Shown: positions 18,040-28,551 of the stretch, piece after piece | How positions within the stretch are numbered: position 1 is the stretch's first letter | Layout of the letters: each line of letters begins with the position of its first letter | Virus record (IMG/VR): IMGVR_UViG_2711768067_000020 | DNA: 45,899 bases | Origin: a virus | Taxonomy: Duplodnaviria; Heunggongvirae; Uroviricota; Caudoviricetes | Direction: 5' to 3' (one strand) | Made by a program: the position numbers and the translations under genes | The notes under the pieces: generated by a model | The model's input: only the letters and a program-made list of their open reading frames with translations | Database searches by the model: none | Told to the model about the DNA's origin: nothing

Positions 18040-18549
18040 GTGGCTACGCAGACTGAAGTTGCCAGGCATTTAAGTCTGACCGATCGCCAGCTTCGCAGAT
18101 TGCAGAAATTGCCGGGTGCCCCGATATCGAATAAGCGAGGGCAACTGGATCTGGATGCCTGGCGCGATTTTTACATATCGTATCTGAGGAGAAGTAAAAA
18201 CGATGTGCCTGATGGCGATAGCGAAGACGACTATGAGGAGAAATTGCTTATTGCCAGATGGGAACTGACAGCAGAACAGGCTGTTACACAGCAGTTAAAA
18301 AATGAGGTGTCAAAAGGAAAACTTATTGACACCGGGTTCTGTATTTTTGCCCTCAGTAAGCTGGCAATGGCGTTATCCAGTACGCTTGATTCCATCCCTT
18401 TATCCATGCAGCGACAGTTTCCTGATTTAACACCGCGCCATCTTGACCATCTGAAAACCCTTATTGCTAAGGGGGCAAATCAGTGTGCGCGGGCAGGGGA
18501 TAAATTACCGGATTTACTCGATGAATATATCAGAGCAACAACTGAATAA
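18040..18549 (+). CDS. nu1: Terminase small subunit (Nu1-like)
   Basis: 169 aa, GTG start; aligns with lambda Nu1 (FCIFALSKLAMALSSTLDSIPLSMQRQFPDL). Confidence 0.85.
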   Translation: MATQTEVARHLSLTDRQLRRLQKLPGAPISNKRGQLDLDAWRDFYISYLRRSKNDVPDGDSEDDYEEKLLIARWELTAEQAVTQQLKNEVSKGKLIDTGFCIFALSKLAMALSSTLDSIPLSMQRQFPDLTPRHLDHLKTLIAKGANQCARAGDKLPDLLDEYIRATTE

Positions 18550-20449
18550 TATGATGGCTGCCGTTTCGGTTGCGCTGCAGCCTCTGGTCAGGGTTGTACC
18601 AATGACGGCAGTTGAATGGGCTGATCAAAATTATTATCTGCCTAAAGAATCTTCATATGGTGAGGGAGAATGGAAAACGCTGCCATTCCAGATCGCCATT
18701 ATGAACTGTATGGGTAACGACCAGGTTCGCACGGTTAACCTGATTAAATCTGCCCGTGTTGGCTATACAAAGATGTTGCTGGGGGTGGTCGGGTATTTTA
18801 TTGAGCATAAATCCCGAAACAGTCTGCTTTTTCAGCCCACGGATTCTGCCGCTGAAGATTTTATGAAGTCTCACGTGGAGGCGACGATTCGGAACGTGCC
18901 ATGCCTGAAAGACCTTTCCCCATGGCTGGGTCGTAAACATCGTGACAATACTCTCACGCTGAAACGCTTTTCATCGGGCGTCGGTTTCTGGTGCCTGGGC
19001 GGTGCAGCCGCCAAAAACTACCGTGAAAAATCCGTGGACGTGGTCTGCTATGACGAGCTTTCCTCGTTCGAGCCGGATGTCGAAAAAGAGGGCTCGCCAA
19101 CCCTGCTGGGGGATAAGCGTATTGAGGGCTCTGTATGGCCAAAATCCATTCGCGGCTCGACGCCTAAAATCAAAGGTACCTGCCAGATCGAAAAAGCGGC
19201 CAACGAGTCGGCGCATTTCATGCGTTTCTATGTGCCCTGCCCGCACTGTGGGGAGGCGCAGTATCTGAAATTTGGCGATGAATCCACGCCTTTTGGCCTT
19301 AAATGGGAGAAGGACAGCCCCGAAAGCGTTTTCTACCTCTGTGAACATCATGGCTGCGTGATCCATCAGTCTGAGCTTGACCAGAGTAACGGGCGCTGGA
19401 TCTGTGAAAACACGGGTATGTGGACCCGTGACGGCCTGATGTTTTTCAGCGCCCGGGGGGATGAAATTCCGCCGCCGCGCTCCATCACGTTCCATATCTG
19501 GACGGCGTACAGTCCGTTCACCACCTGGATACAGATAGTCTATGACTGGCTGGATGCACTGAAAGATCCCAACGGCCTGAAAACCTTTGTGAACACCACG
19601 CTGGGCGAGACCTGGGAAGAGGCCGTGGGCGAAAAACTCGATCACCAGGTACTGATGGATAAGGTGGTGCGTTACACGGCGGCGGTGCCTGCCCGGGTGG
19701 TTTATCTGACGGCGGGCATTGACTCGCAGCGAAACCGTTTTGAGATGTATGTCTGGGGATGGGCACCGGGAGAGGAAGCCTTTCTGGTGGATAAAATCAT
19801 CATTATGGGCCGTCCCGATGAGGAAGAGACGCTGTTACGTGTGGATGCGGCGATCAACAAAAAATACTGCCATGCAGACGGAACCGAAATGACCATTTCC
19901 CGTGTCTGCTGGGACACCGGGGGGATCGATGGTGAAATTGTCTATCAGAGGTCAAAAAAACACGGTGTTTTCCGGGTGCTGCCGGTAAAAGGCGCATCTG
20001 TCTATGGCAAGCCGGTGATCACCATGCCGAAAACCCGCAATCAGCGGGGCGTGTATCTGTGTGAAGTGGGGACGGACACCGCAAAAGAAATTCTCTATGC
20101 CCGTATGAAAGCCGATCCCACTCCTGCGGATGAAGCCACGTCGTATGCCATCCGTTTTCCTGATGATCCGGAGATTTTTTCGCAGACAGAGGCGCAGCAA
20201 CTGGTCGCGGAAGAGCTTGTGGAGAAGTGGGAAAAAGGAAAGATGCGTCTGCTGTGGGATAACAAAAAGCGGCGTAACGAAGCGCTGGACTGCCTGGTGT
20301 ATGCCTACGCGGCATTACGTGTGTCCGTGCAACGCTGGCAGCTTGATCTGGCTGTACTGGCAAAATCCCGGGAAGAAGAGACGACCCGGCCAACCCTGAA
20401 AGAACTGGCAGCGAAGCTGTCCGGAGGAGTGAATGGTTACAGTCGCTGA
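18521..20449 (+). CDS. A: Terminase large subunit (lambda A-like)
   Basis: Internal ATG MNISEQQLN...; near-collinear with lambda gpA (TAVEWADQNYYLPKES, KNYREKSVDV, WPKSIRGSTPK). Confidence 0.95.
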   Translation: MNISEQQLNNMMAAVSVALQPLVRVVPMTAVEWADQNYYLPKESSYGEGEWKTLPFQIAIMNCMGNDQVRTVNLIKSARVGYTKMLLGVVGYFIEHKSRNSLLFQPTDSAAEDFMKSHVEATIRNVPCLKDLSPWLGRKHRDNTLTLKRFSSGVGFWCLGGAAAKNYREKSVDVVCYDELSSFEPDVEKEGSPTLLGDKRIEGSVWPKSIRGSTPKIKGTCQIEKAANESAHFMRFYVPCPHCGEAQYLKFGDESTPFGLKWEKDSPESVFYLCEHHGCVIHQSELDQSNGRWICENTGMWTRDGLMFFSARGDEIPPPRSITFHIWTAYSPFTTWIQIVYDWLDALKDPNGLKTFVNTTLGETWEEAVGEKLDHQVLMDKVVRYTAAVPARVVYLTAGIDSQRNRFEMYVWGWAPGEEAFLVDKIIIMGRPDEEETLLRVDAAINKKYCHADGTEMTISRVCWDTGGIDGEIVYQRSKKHGVFRVLPVKGASVYGKPVITMPKTRNQRGVYLCEVGTDTAKEILYARMKADPTPADEATSYAIRFPDDPEIFSQTEAQQLVAEELVEKWEKGKMRLLWDNKKRRNEALDCLVYAYAALRVSVQRWQLDLAVLAKSREEETTRPTLKELAAKLSGGVNGYSR

Positions 20450-20639
20450 ACTACAGGCGCTACGTCAGGCGCGCCTTGATTTATTAACCGGTAAACGGGT
20501 GGTGTCTGTCCAGAAAGATGGTCGCAGAATTGAATATACGGCGGCTTCTCTGGATGAGCTTAACCGGGCGATCAATGATGCGGAGTCGGTACTGGGGACA
20601 ACCCGACGTCGCCGTCGTCCGCTGGGAGTGAGGTTATGA
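20433..20639 (+). CDS. W: Head-tail joining protein W
   Basis: 68 aa, aligns with lambda gpW (LLTGKRVVSVQKDGRRIEYTA). Confidence 0.9.
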   Translation: MVTVAELQALRQARLDLLTGKRVVSVQKDGRRIEYTAASLDELNRAINDAESVLGTTRRRRRPLGVRL

Positions 20640-22228
20640 AACGAACGCCTGTCCTGATTGATGTGAACGGCGTTCCGCTTCGTGAGAGTCTCAGCTACAA
20701 CGGGGGCGGCGCAGGATTTGGCGGGCAAATGGCGGAGTGGTTGCCACCGGCGCAGAGTGCCGATGCAGCCCTGCTGCCTGCGTTGCGTCTGGGGAATGCC
20801 CGGGCAGATGATCTGGTGCGCAATAACGGGATAGCGGCCAATGCGGTGGCCCTGCATAAGGATCATATTGTCGGGCATATGTTTCTGATCAGCTACCGTC
20901 CGAACTGGCGCTGGCTGGGGATGCGGGAGACTGCGGCAAAAAGTTTTGTCGATGAGGTGGAGGCGGCCTGGTCGGAATACGCCGAAGGGATGTCTGGCGA
21001 GATCGACGTGGAAGAGAAACGCACGTTTACGGAATTTATTCGTGAAGGTGTGGGCGTTCATGCGTTTAACGGCGAAATCTTTGTGCAGCCGGTCTGGGAT
21101 ACGGAGAGCACGCAACTGTTTCGTACGCGTTTTAAAGCCGTGAGTCCGAAACGGGTGGACACGCCAGGACACGGTATGGGGAACCGTTTTCTGCGGGCCG
21201 GTGTGGAGGTCGATCGATATGGTCGTGCCGTTGCGTACCATATCTGTGAGGATGATTTTCCGTTCTCTGGGAGTGGACGATGGGAACGGATCCCGCGTGA
21301 ACTTCCCACCGGGCGTCCGGCCATGCTGCATATTTTCGAGCCGGTGGAGGACGGGCAGACCCGTGGGGCCAATCAGTTTTACAGCGTAATGGAACGGCTG
21401 AAGATGCTCGATTCCCTGCAGGCAACACAGCTTCAGTCGGCCATAGTGAAGGCGATGTATGCAGCGACGATTGAAAGTGACCTTGATACCGAAAAGGCCT
21501 TTGAATATATCGCCGGTGCGCCGCAGGGGCAGAAGGATAATCCGCTTATTAATATTCTGGATAAGTTCTCCACCTGGTATGACACGAATAGCGTGACGCT
21601 GGGCGGTGTCAAAATTCCGCACCTTTTCCCCGGTGATGATCTGAAACTTCAGACCGCGCAGGATTCAGACAATGGATTTTCGGCGCTTGAACAGGCGCTG
21701 CTGCGGTATATCGCCGCCGGTCTTGGCGTTTCCTACGAACAGTTGTCCCGTGATTACTCGAAGGTCAGTTATTCAAGTGCCCGCGCATCCGCCAATGAGT
21801 CGTGGCGCTATTTTATGGGGCGGCGAAAATTTATTGCGTCCCGGCTGGCCACGCAGATGTTTTCCTGCTGGCTGGAAGAGGCACTTCTTCGGGGGATTAT
21901 TCGTCCGCCACGGGCACGTTTTGATTTTTATCAGGCGCGATCAGCCTGGTCACGGGCTGAGTGGATTGGAGCCGGAAGAATGGCCATTGACGGGCTCAAG
22001 GAGGTTCAGGAATCAGTGATGCGCATTGAGGCCGGACTGAGCACGTATGAGAAAGAGCTGGCGCTGATGGGCGAGGATTATCAGGACATTTTCCGCCAGC
22101 AGGTCAGGGAATCTGCAGAGCGGGAAAAAGCCGGACTCTCACGTCCGGTGTGGATAGCGCAGGCGTATCAGCAGCAGATAGCGGAGAGTCGCAGGCCGGA
22201 AGAGGAGACAACACCACGTGAGACGTAA
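20636..22228 (+). CDS. B: Portal protein (lambda B-like)
   Basis: 530 aa; position and length as lambda gpB. Confidence 0.9.
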   Translation: MKRTPVLIDVNGVPLRESLSYNGGGAGFGGQMAEWLPPAQSADAALLPALRLGNARADDLVRNNGIAANAVALHKDHIVGHMFLISYRPNWRWLGMRETAAKSFVDEVEAAWSEYAEGMSGEIDVEEKRTFTEFIREGVGVHAFNGEIFVQPVWDTESTQLFRTRFKAVSPKRVDTPGHGMGNRFLRAGVEVDRYGRAVAYHICEDDFPFSGSGRWERIPRELPTGRPAMLHIFEPVEDGQTRGANQFYSVMERLKMLDSLQATQLQSAIVKAMYAATIESDLDTEKAFEYIAGAPQGQKDNPLINILDKFSTWYDTNSVTLGGVKIPHLFPGDDLKLQTAQDSDNGFSALEQALLRYIAAGLGVSYEQLSRDYSKVSYSSARASANESWRYFMGRRKFIASRLATQMFSCWLEEALLRGIIRPPRARFDFYQARSAWSRAEWIGAGRMAIDGLKEVQESVMRIEAGLSTYEKELALMGEDYQDIFRQQVRESAEREKAGLSRPVWIAQAYQQQIAESRRPEEETTPRET

Positions 22229-23723
22229 TCTTTCACACATTATTGCCGCAGCATTCAATGAACCGCTGCTTCTGGAGCCCGCCTATGCGCGGGTTTTCTT
22301 TTGCGCGCTCGGGCGCGAGATGGGGGCAGCAAGTCTTTCGGTACCACAACAGCAGGTACAGCTTGATGCTCCCGGAATGCTGGCTGAAACGGACGAGTAC
22401 ATGGCCGGAGGTAAACGACCGGCCCGTGTTTACCGGGTGGTGAACGGTATTGCGGTACTGCCGGTGACCGGCACGCTGGTGCACCGGCTGGGGGGGATGC
22501 GGCCATTTTCCGGAATGACTGGCTATGACGGCATTGTCGCCTGTCTTCAGCAGGCAATGGCAGATAGCCAGGTGCGGGGCATACTGCTGGACATTGACAG
22601 TCCGGGCGGGCAGGCCGCCGGCGCGTTTGACTGCGCTGACATGATTTACCGCCTCCGTCAGCAGAAGCCGGTCTGGGCACTGTGCAATGACACGGCCTGT
22701 TCTGCAGCCATGCTGCTGGCGTCGGCCTGCTCCCGACGGCTGGTTACCCAGACATCCCGTATCGGCTCCATTGGCGTGATGATGAGCCATGTCAGCTATG
22801 CCGGTCATCTGGCGCAGGCCGGTGTGGATATCACGCTGATTTACTCAGGGGCGCACAAGGTGGATGGCAATCAGTTTGAAGCCTTACCGGCAGAGGTTCG
22901 CCAGGACATGCAGCAGCGCATTGATGCGGCGCGCCGGATGTTTGCCGAAAAAGTGGCGATGTTTACCGGTCTGTCTGTTGATGCCGTCACGGGAACAGAG
23001 GCCGCCGTTTTTGAAGGTCAGTCCGGCATTGAGGCCGGGCTGGCGGATGAATTAGTCAATGCGTCGGATGCCATCAGTGTGATGGCCACGGCGCTGAACA
23101 GTAATGTCAGAGGAGGCACTATGCCGCAATTAACTGCAACGGAAGCCGCCGCGCAGGAGAACCAGCGAGTGATGGGGATCCTGACATGCCAGGAAGCGAA
23201 AGGACGTGAACAGCTTGCCACGATGCTGGCAGGACAACAGGGCATGAGCGTTGCACAGGCCCGGGCGATTCTGGCCGCGGCGGCACCGCAGCAGCCGGTG
23301 GCATCCACGCAGAGTGAAGCCGATCGCATTATGGCGTGTGAAGAAGCGAACGGTCGTGAACAACTGGCGGCAACGCTGGCGGCGATGCCGGAGATGACGG
23401 TGGAAAAAGCCCGCCCGATCCTGGCTGCTTCACCGCAGGCGGATGCCGGACCCTCACTCCGTGATCAGATCATGGCACTGGATGAGGCAAAAGGGGCTGA
23501 GGCGCAGGCTGAACAACTGGCTGCCTGCCCGGGAATGACTGTGGAGAGCGCCCGGGCTGTGCTGGCTGCGGGATCAGGTAAGGCAGAACCGGTCTCTGCA
23601 TCCACAACCGCCCTGTTTGAACGCATCATGGCGAACCATTCACCGGCAGCGGTACAGGGTGGCGTGCCACAGACGTCAGCAGACGGTGATGCGGACGTGA
23701 AAATGCTCATGGCCATGCCATGA
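22218..23723 (+). CDS. C: Head maturation protease C with in-frame Nu3-like scaffold region carrying a triplicated motif
   Basis: 501 aa, GTG start; aligns with lambda gpC (AAFNEPLLLEPAYARVFFCAL, GIAVLPVTGTL, SGMTGYDGI); C-terminal third is Nu3-like. Confidence 0.9.
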   Translation: MRRNLSHIIAAAFNEPLLLEPAYARVFFCALGREMGAASLSVPQQQVQLDAPGMLAETDEYMAGGKRPARVYRVVNGIAVLPVTGTLVHRLGGMRPFSGMTGYDGIVACLQQAMADSQVRGILLDIDSPGGQAAGAFDCADMIYRLRQQKPVWALCNDTACSAAMLLASACSRRLVTQTSRIGSIGVMMSHVSYAGHLAQAGVDITLIYSGAHKVDGNQFEALPAEVRQDMQQRIDAARRMFAEKVAMFTGLSVDAVTGTEAAVFEGQSGIEAGLADELVNASDAISVMATALNSNVRGGTMPQLTATEAAAQENQRVMGILTCQEAKGREQLATMLAGQQGMSVAQARAILAAAAPQQPVASTQSEADRIMACEEANGREQLAATLAAMPEMTVEKARPILAASPQADAGPSLRDQIMALDEAKGAEAQAEQLAACPGMTVESARAVLAAGSGKAEPVSASTTALFERIMANHSPAAVQGGVPQTSADGDADVKMLMAMP

Positions 23724-23759
23724 AGTCAGTGCTGATCATCAACAGGAGGTTTTTACAAT

Positions 23760-24107
23760 ATGGTAACGAAAACCATCACTGAACAGCGTGCGGAAGTACG
23801 TATTTTTGCCGGTAATGATCCGGCTCATACCGCCACAGGCAGCAGCGGGATTTCCTCGGCAACACCGGCACTGACGCCCCTGATGCTGGATGAAGCCAGC
23901 GGGAAACTGGTGGTCTGGGACGGACAGAAAGCCGGTAGTGCAGTTGGCATACTGGTACTGCCGCTTGAAGGCACAGAGACGGTACTGACCTATTACAAGT
24001 CGGGGACCTTTGCGACGGAGGCAATCCGCTGGCCTGAAAGTGTGGATGAACACAAAAAGGCAAATGCCTTTGCCGGCAGTGCCCTGAGTCACGCGGCGCT
24101 GCCGTAA
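23760..24107 (+). CDS. D: Head decoration protein D
   Basis: 115 aa; DPAHTATG, TPLMLDEASGKLVVWDG, YYKSGTF as in lambda gpD. Confidence 0.9.
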   Translation: MVTKTITEQRAEVRIFAGNDPAHTATGSSGISSATPALTPLMLDEASGKLVVWDGQKAGSAVGILVLPLEGTETVLTYYKSGTFATEAIRWPESVDEHKKANAFAGSALSHAALP

Positions 24108-24164
24108 CACGTTATCAGGCCACCGCGGTGGCCTGACTGATTTCTGAATGAAAGGAACTGATTT

Positions 24165-25193
24165 ATGGGATTGTTTACGACCCGCCAGTTACTCGGTTAT
24201 ACCGAACAAAAAGTGAAATTTCGTGCGCTGTTTCTGGAGCTGTTTTTCCGCCGTACGGTGAATTTCCATACCGAAGAGGTGATGCTGGACAAAATTACCG
24301 GAAAAACGCTGGTGGCGGCCTATGTCTCCCCGGTTGTTGAAGGAAAAGTGCTGCGTCATCGTGGTGGTGAAACCCGCGTGTTACGTCCGGGCTACGTCAA
24401 GCCGAAACACGAATTTAATTACCAGCAGGCGGTTGAGCGCCTTCCTGGTGAAGATCCGGCTCAACTGAACGATCCGGCTTACCGCCGTCTGCGTATCATT
24501 ACCGATAACCTCAAACAGGAAGAGCACGCGATTGTCCAGGTGGAAGAAATACAGGCGGTAAATGCTGTGTTGTATGGCAAATATACGATGGAAGGAGACC
24601 AGTTCGAGAAAATTGAGGTCGATTTTGGCAGGTCGACGAAGAATAACATCACTCAGGGTAGTGGTAAGGAGTGGTCAAAACAGGATCGTGACACGTTCGA
24701 TCCTACACATGATCTTGACCTCTACTGCGACCAGGCCAGCGGTCTTGTGAATATTGCCATTATGGACGGTACCGTCTGGCGTCTTCTGAATGGTTTTAAG
24801 CTGTTCCGCGAAAAACTGGATACCCGTCGCGGTTCAAATTCTCAACTCGAAACGGCAGTGAAAGATCTGGGCGCAGTGGTGTCCTTCAAGGGGTATTACG
24901 GCGATCTGGCCATTGTGGTGGCGAAAACGTCTTATATAGCAGAAGACGGTATCGAAAAACGTTATCTGCCGGAGGGCATGCTGGTTCTGGGGAATACTGC
25001 TGCAGATGGGATCCGTTGTTACGGTGCCATTCAGGATGCGCAGGCGTTGTCCGAAGGTGTGGTGGCCTCTTCCCGTTATCCGAAACACTGGCTGACGGTG
25101 GGGGATCCCGCCCGTGAATTTACCATGACGCAGTCCGCGCCGCTGATGGTGTTGCCGGACCCGGATGAGTTTGTGGTGGTACAGGTGAAATAA
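24165..25193 (+). CDS. E: Major capsid protein E
   Basis: 342 aa, collinear with lambda gpE (GYVKPKHEFN, DTRRGSNSQLETAVKDLG, GDPAREFTMTQSAPLMVLPDPDEFVVVQVK). Confidence 0.95.
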   Translation: MGLFTTRQLLGYTEQKVKFRALFLELFFRRTVNFHTEEVMLDKITGKTLVAAYVSPVVEGKVLRHRGGETRVLRPGYVKPKHEFNYQQAVERLPGEDPAQLNDPAYRRLRIITDNLKQEEHAIVQVEEIQAVNAVLYGKYTMEGDQFEKIEVDFGRSTKNNITQGSGKEWSKQDRDTFDPTHDLDLYCDQASGLVNIAIMDGTVWRLLNGFKLFREKLDTRRGSNSQLETAVKDLGAVVSFKGYYGDLAIVVAKTSYIAEDGIEKRYLPEGMLVLGNTAADGIRCYGAIQDAQALSEGVVASSRYPKHWLTVGDPAREFTMTQSAPLMVLPDPDEFVVVQVK

Positions 25194-25198
25194 TCCGT

Positions 25199-25232
25199 GA
25201 GCGGGGGCGAAATGCCCCCGTGTCTTTTTTCA
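25199..25232 (+). terminator. Hairpin plus T-run immediately after the major capsid gene
   Basis: GGGGGCGAAATGCCCCC followed by GTGTCTTTTTT. Confidence 0.45.
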
Positions 25233-25244
25233 CAGGGGGCTGAT

Positions 25245-25619
25245 ATGGCAACGAAAGAGCAAAATCTGAAACGGCTTGATGAACTGGCCCTGATTCTGGG
25301 GCGTGAGCCGGATATATCCGGGAGTGCCGCAGAGATAGCGCAGCGGGTGGCGGAATGGGAAGAGGAAATACAGTCATCCGGCGAGGATGTTCAGGTTGGG
25401 GATACGGTGATCCGGGAGCGGGAAACCGCGGCTCATGATGTTCGTGAGGATACATCCGGTGCGTTAACGCGCATCAGAGTTCTGACCTGCCTCCATCTCT
25501 GTGGCATTGATGGTGAAACAGGGGAATCCGTTGAGATTGCGGATGTTGGTCGGGTGATTCTGATTATGTCCTCAGATGCAAAAACACACGTTGATGGCGG
25601 AATGGCTGTTTATGCGTGA
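25245..25619 (+). CDS. FI: DNA packaging protein FI-like
   Basis: Internal ATG of track ORF 25197..25619 (MATKEQNLKRL...); acidic protein at the lambda FI position. Confidence 0.7.
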   Translation: MATKEQNLKRLDELALILGREPDISGSAAEIAQRVAEWEEEIQSSGEDVQVGDTVIRERETAAHDVREDTSGALTRIRVLTCLHLCGIDGETGESVEIADVGRVILIMSSDAKTHVDGGMAVYA

Positions 25620-25965
25620 TTTTCAGAATGCCTTTGATGCTGCCCTTGCCGGGGTGGACAGTACGATTGTTGAAGTGATGGGGCTCTGTGCACAGTTCAC
25701 CTCGGGGGCACAGTGTGGCGGAGAAGTTCAGGGGGTTTTTGACGATCCGGAGTCGCTGGGATTTGCCGGTAGCGGGGTCCGTATTGAAGGAAGCAGCCCG
25801 TCATTATTTGTGCGGACGGATACGGTTCGTGCTGTGCGGCGTGGTGACACGCTGACCATTAATGGTGAGACGTTCTGGGTGGATCGTGTTTCTCCGGATG
25901 ACGGGGGCAGCTGTTATCTCTGGCTCAACCGTGGGCAACCACCCGCCGTTAACCGGCGACGATAA
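25612..25965 (+). CDS. FII: Head completion protein FII
   Basis: Aligns with lambda gpFII (GVFDDPESLGFAGSGVRIEGSSPSLFVRTD, TLTINGETFWVDRVSPDDGGSCYLWL). Confidence 0.9.
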   Translation: MRDFQNAFDAALAGVDSTIVEVMGLCAQFTSGAQCGGEVQGVFDDPESLGFAGSGVRIEGSSPSLFVRTDTVRAVRRGDTLTINGETFWVDRVSPDDGGSCYLWLNRGQPPAVNRRR

Positions 25966-25980
25966 ACGCAGGGTGAAATT

Positions 25981-26514
25981 ATGGCGATAAAAGGGCTTGA
26001 GCAGGCGATTGATAATCTGAGCCGGGTTCGTAAAAACGCCATTCCGGCGGCTTCTGCAATGACCATTAACCGCGTGGCCACAACGGCGATTAATCAGTCT
26101 TCATCACAGGTTGCCCGGGAAACCAGGGTGAGACGGAAACTGGTTAAGGAACGGTCCAGGCTGAAACGGGCCACGGTCAGAAATCCGAATGCCAGAATTA
26201 TCGTTAACCGCGGTGATCTCCCGGTGATTAAGCTGGGGATCAGGATGCCGGGGCGTCGTCCGGACAGCATACTCAAAGCCGGTCAGCATCGTTATCAGCG
26301 GGCATTTATTCAGCGATTAAAAAATGGTCGCTGGCATGTCATGCAGCGTGTGGTCGGGAAAAACCGTTACCCCATTGATGTGGTGAAAATCCCGATGGCG
26401 GCCCCACTGAAACAGGCGTTTGATGAGAATGTTGACCGTATCCGGCGTGAACGTCTGCCCGGAGAACTGGCATACGCGCTGAAACAACAACTGAGGATTG
26501 CGATAAAACGATGA
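25981..26514 (+). CDS. Z: Tail completion protein Z
   Basis: 177 aa at the lambda Z position. Confidence 0.8.
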   Translation: MAIKGLEQAIDNLSRVRKNAIPAASAMTINRVATTAINQSSSQVARETRVRRKLVKERSRLKRATVRNPNARIIVNRGDLPVIKLGIRMPGRRPDSILKAGQHRYQRAFIQRLKNGRWHVMQRVVGKNRYPIDVVKIPMAAPLKQAFDENVDRIRRERLPGELAYALKQQLRIAIKR

Positions 26515-26906
26515 AACATACTGATATCCGTGCTGCAGTGCTGGATGCACTGGAGCTGCATGAACACGGGGCGACGCTGTTTGATGGTCGCCCCGTTGTT
26601 TTTGACGAAGAGGATTTTCCCGCGGTCGCGGTTTATCTGACGGATGCAGAGTATACCGGTGAAGAGCTGGATGCAGATACCTGGCGGGCCACACTGCATA
26701 TTGAGGTGTTTTTACCAGCACAGGTACCGGATTCGGAGCTGGATTCGTGGATGGAAAGCCGGATTTATCCGGCGATGACTGCGATCCCGGCACTGGCAGA
26801 CCTGATTACCACGATGGTTACGCAGGGCTATGAGTATCGTCGTGATGACGATATGGCGTTATGGAGTTCTGCGGATCTGACTTATTCCATTACATACGAG
26901 ATGTGA
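26511..26906 (+). CDS. U: Tail terminator protein U
   Basis: 131 aa at the lambda U position. Confidence 0.8.
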   Translation: MKHTDIRAAVLDALELHEHGATLFDGRPVVFDEEDFPAVAVYLTDAEYTGEELDADTWRATLHIEVFLPAQVPDSELDSWMESRIYPAMTAIPALADLITTMVTQGYEYRRDDDMALWSSADLTYSITYEM

Positions 26907-26913
26907 GGACGAT

Positions 26914-27666
26914 ATGTCAACACCAAATCCCCTTGAGCCGGTAAAAGGTGCCGGTACCACCCTGTGGGTTTATAACGGTCAGGGTGACGCCTATGCAAAC
27001 CCGTTGTCAGACGATGACTGGCAGCGACTGGCTAAGGTGAAGGATCTGACGCCGGGCGAGATGACGGCAGAACCCTACGATGATAACTACCTGGATGATG
27101 AAGACGCGGACTGGACCGCGACCGGGCAGGGGCAGAAGTCTGCAGGAGATACCAGTTTTACGCTGGCCTGGAAACCGGGAGAAGAAGGTCAGAAAGGGCT
27201 TATAGGCTGGTTTGAAAGCGGGGATGTGCGGGCCTATAAAATCCGTTTTCCGAACGGCACGGTGGATGTGTTTCGTGGCTGGGTCAGCAGTATCGGTAAG
27301 GCCGTGACGGCGAAAGAAGTGATCACCCGCACGGTGAAAGTGACCAACGTGGGCAAACCTTCTGTAGCGGAAGAACGCAGCAAAATTACGCCGGTCACTG
27401 CGATTAAGGTGACGCCGACATCCGGTACGGTGGCAAAAGGGAAAACAACCACCCTGACGGTTTCTTTTGAGCCGGAAAGTGCAACCGACAAGACGTTCAG
27501 AGCGGTTTCCGCCGATCCGTCGAAAGCCACCATTAGTGTGAAAGATATGACAATTACGGTAAACGGCGTGGCGACAGGTAAGGTGCAGATCCCTGTGGTG
27601 AGCGGAAATGGTCAGTTCGCCGCAGTGGCTGAAGTCACCGTTACTGAAGCGGGCGCTGCAGGGTAA
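26914..27666 (+). CDS. V: Major tail protein V with C-terminal Ig-like (Big_2-type) domain
   Basis: 250 aa; C-terminal [30 protein letters not shown] resembles a Big_2 domain. Confidence 0.85.
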   Translation: MSTPNPLEPVKGAGTTLWVYNGQGDAYANPLSDDDWQRLAKVKDLTPGEMTAEPYDDNYLDDEDADWTATGQGQKSAGDTSFTLAWKPGEEGQKGLIGWFESGDVRAYKIRFPNGTVDVFRGWVSSIGKAVTAKEVITRTVKVTNVGKPSVAEERSKITPVTAIKVTPTSGTVAKGKTTTLTVSFEPESATDKTFRAVSADPSKATISVKDMTITVNGVATGKVQIPVVSGNGQFAAVAEVTVTEAGAAG

Positions 27667-27679
27667 ACGGAGGTAATAC

Positions 27680-28111
27680 ATGTTTCTGAAAACAGAACAA
27701 TTTGAATATAACGGTGTGTCCGTCACGCTTTCCGAATTGTCTGCGCTGCAGCGTATTGAGCATCTTGCCCTCCTGAAACGGCGTGCAGAACAGGCAGAAT
27801 CCAGCGGCAACCTGCAGGTAAGCGTGGAAGATCTCGTCAGAACCGGCGCGTTTCTGGTGGCGATGTCCCTGTGGCATAACCATCCGCAGAAAACGGCATC
27901 ACCGTCAATGAATGAGGCTGTGATGCAGATCGAACAGGAGGTGCTCACCACCTGGCCTGCGGATGCCATTGCCCGGGCGGAAGATGTGGTGTTGCGTCTG
28001 TCCGGGATGAGCGGGGCTGTTCATGCGGATACTGACAGCACCGAAGTGGCGAAAAATAACGCGCTGACTGATGATGATTTTTCTGCGGGAAAGTCTTCGA
28101 CGGCGAGCTGA
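27680..28111 (+). CDS. G: Tail assembly chaperone G
   Basis: 143 aa; ends just past the G GGA AAG slippery site. Confidence 0.85.
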   Translation: MFLKTEQFEYNGVSVTLSELSALQRIEHLALLKRRAEQAESSGNLQVSVEDLVRTGAFLVAMSLWHNHPQKTASPSMNEAVMQIEQEVLTTWPADAIARAEDVVLRLSGMSGAVHADTDSTEVAKNNALTDDDFSAGKSSTAS

Positions 28112-28551
28112 ATTTTGCCCTCAGACTGGCGCGTGAGATGGGGAGGCCTGACTGGCGCGCCATGCTTGCCGGGATGACATCCACCGAATATGCCGACTGG
28201 CGACATTTTTACCGTACGCATTATTTTCTCGATACCCAACTGGATATGCATTTTTCCGGGCTGACGTACGCCGTACTCAGCCTGTTTTTTTGCGATCCGG
28301 ATATGCATCCCTCTGATTTCAGTCTGCTTGCCCCCCGGCGTGAGGAAGCGCAGACGGAGATGCCGGATGAGGAAAAAATGCTGATGCAGAAAGCGGCAGG
28401 ACTTGCCGGAGGCGTCCGGTTTGGTGGGGACGGAGGGCGTGAGATTTTATCGTCTGCGGATGTGGCGGATGTCAGCGAGGATGATGTCGCATTAATGATG
28501 GCTTCAGCGGGGATTTCCGGAGGTGTGAGATATGTCCCAGCCGGTTGGTGA
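27680..28551 (+). CDS. G-T: G-T fusion produced by programmed -1 ribosomal frameshift (slip site about 28087-28093)
   Basis: GCG GGA AAG near the 3' end of G contains the lambda G GGA AAG heptamer; the -1 frame continues as GKVFDGELNFALRLAREMGRPDWRAML to 28551. Confidence 0.8.

Noticed and set aside
18971-19645. 224-aa - strand ORF
   Set aside because: Entirely inside the terminase large subunit gene on the opposite strand; no start context
20465-21622. 385-aa - strand ORF
   Set aside because: Antisense to the portal gene; Arg/His/Pro-rich composition typical of a GC-rich reverse frame
27007-27969. 320-aa - strand ORF
   Set aside because: Antisense to major tail protein V and chaperone G
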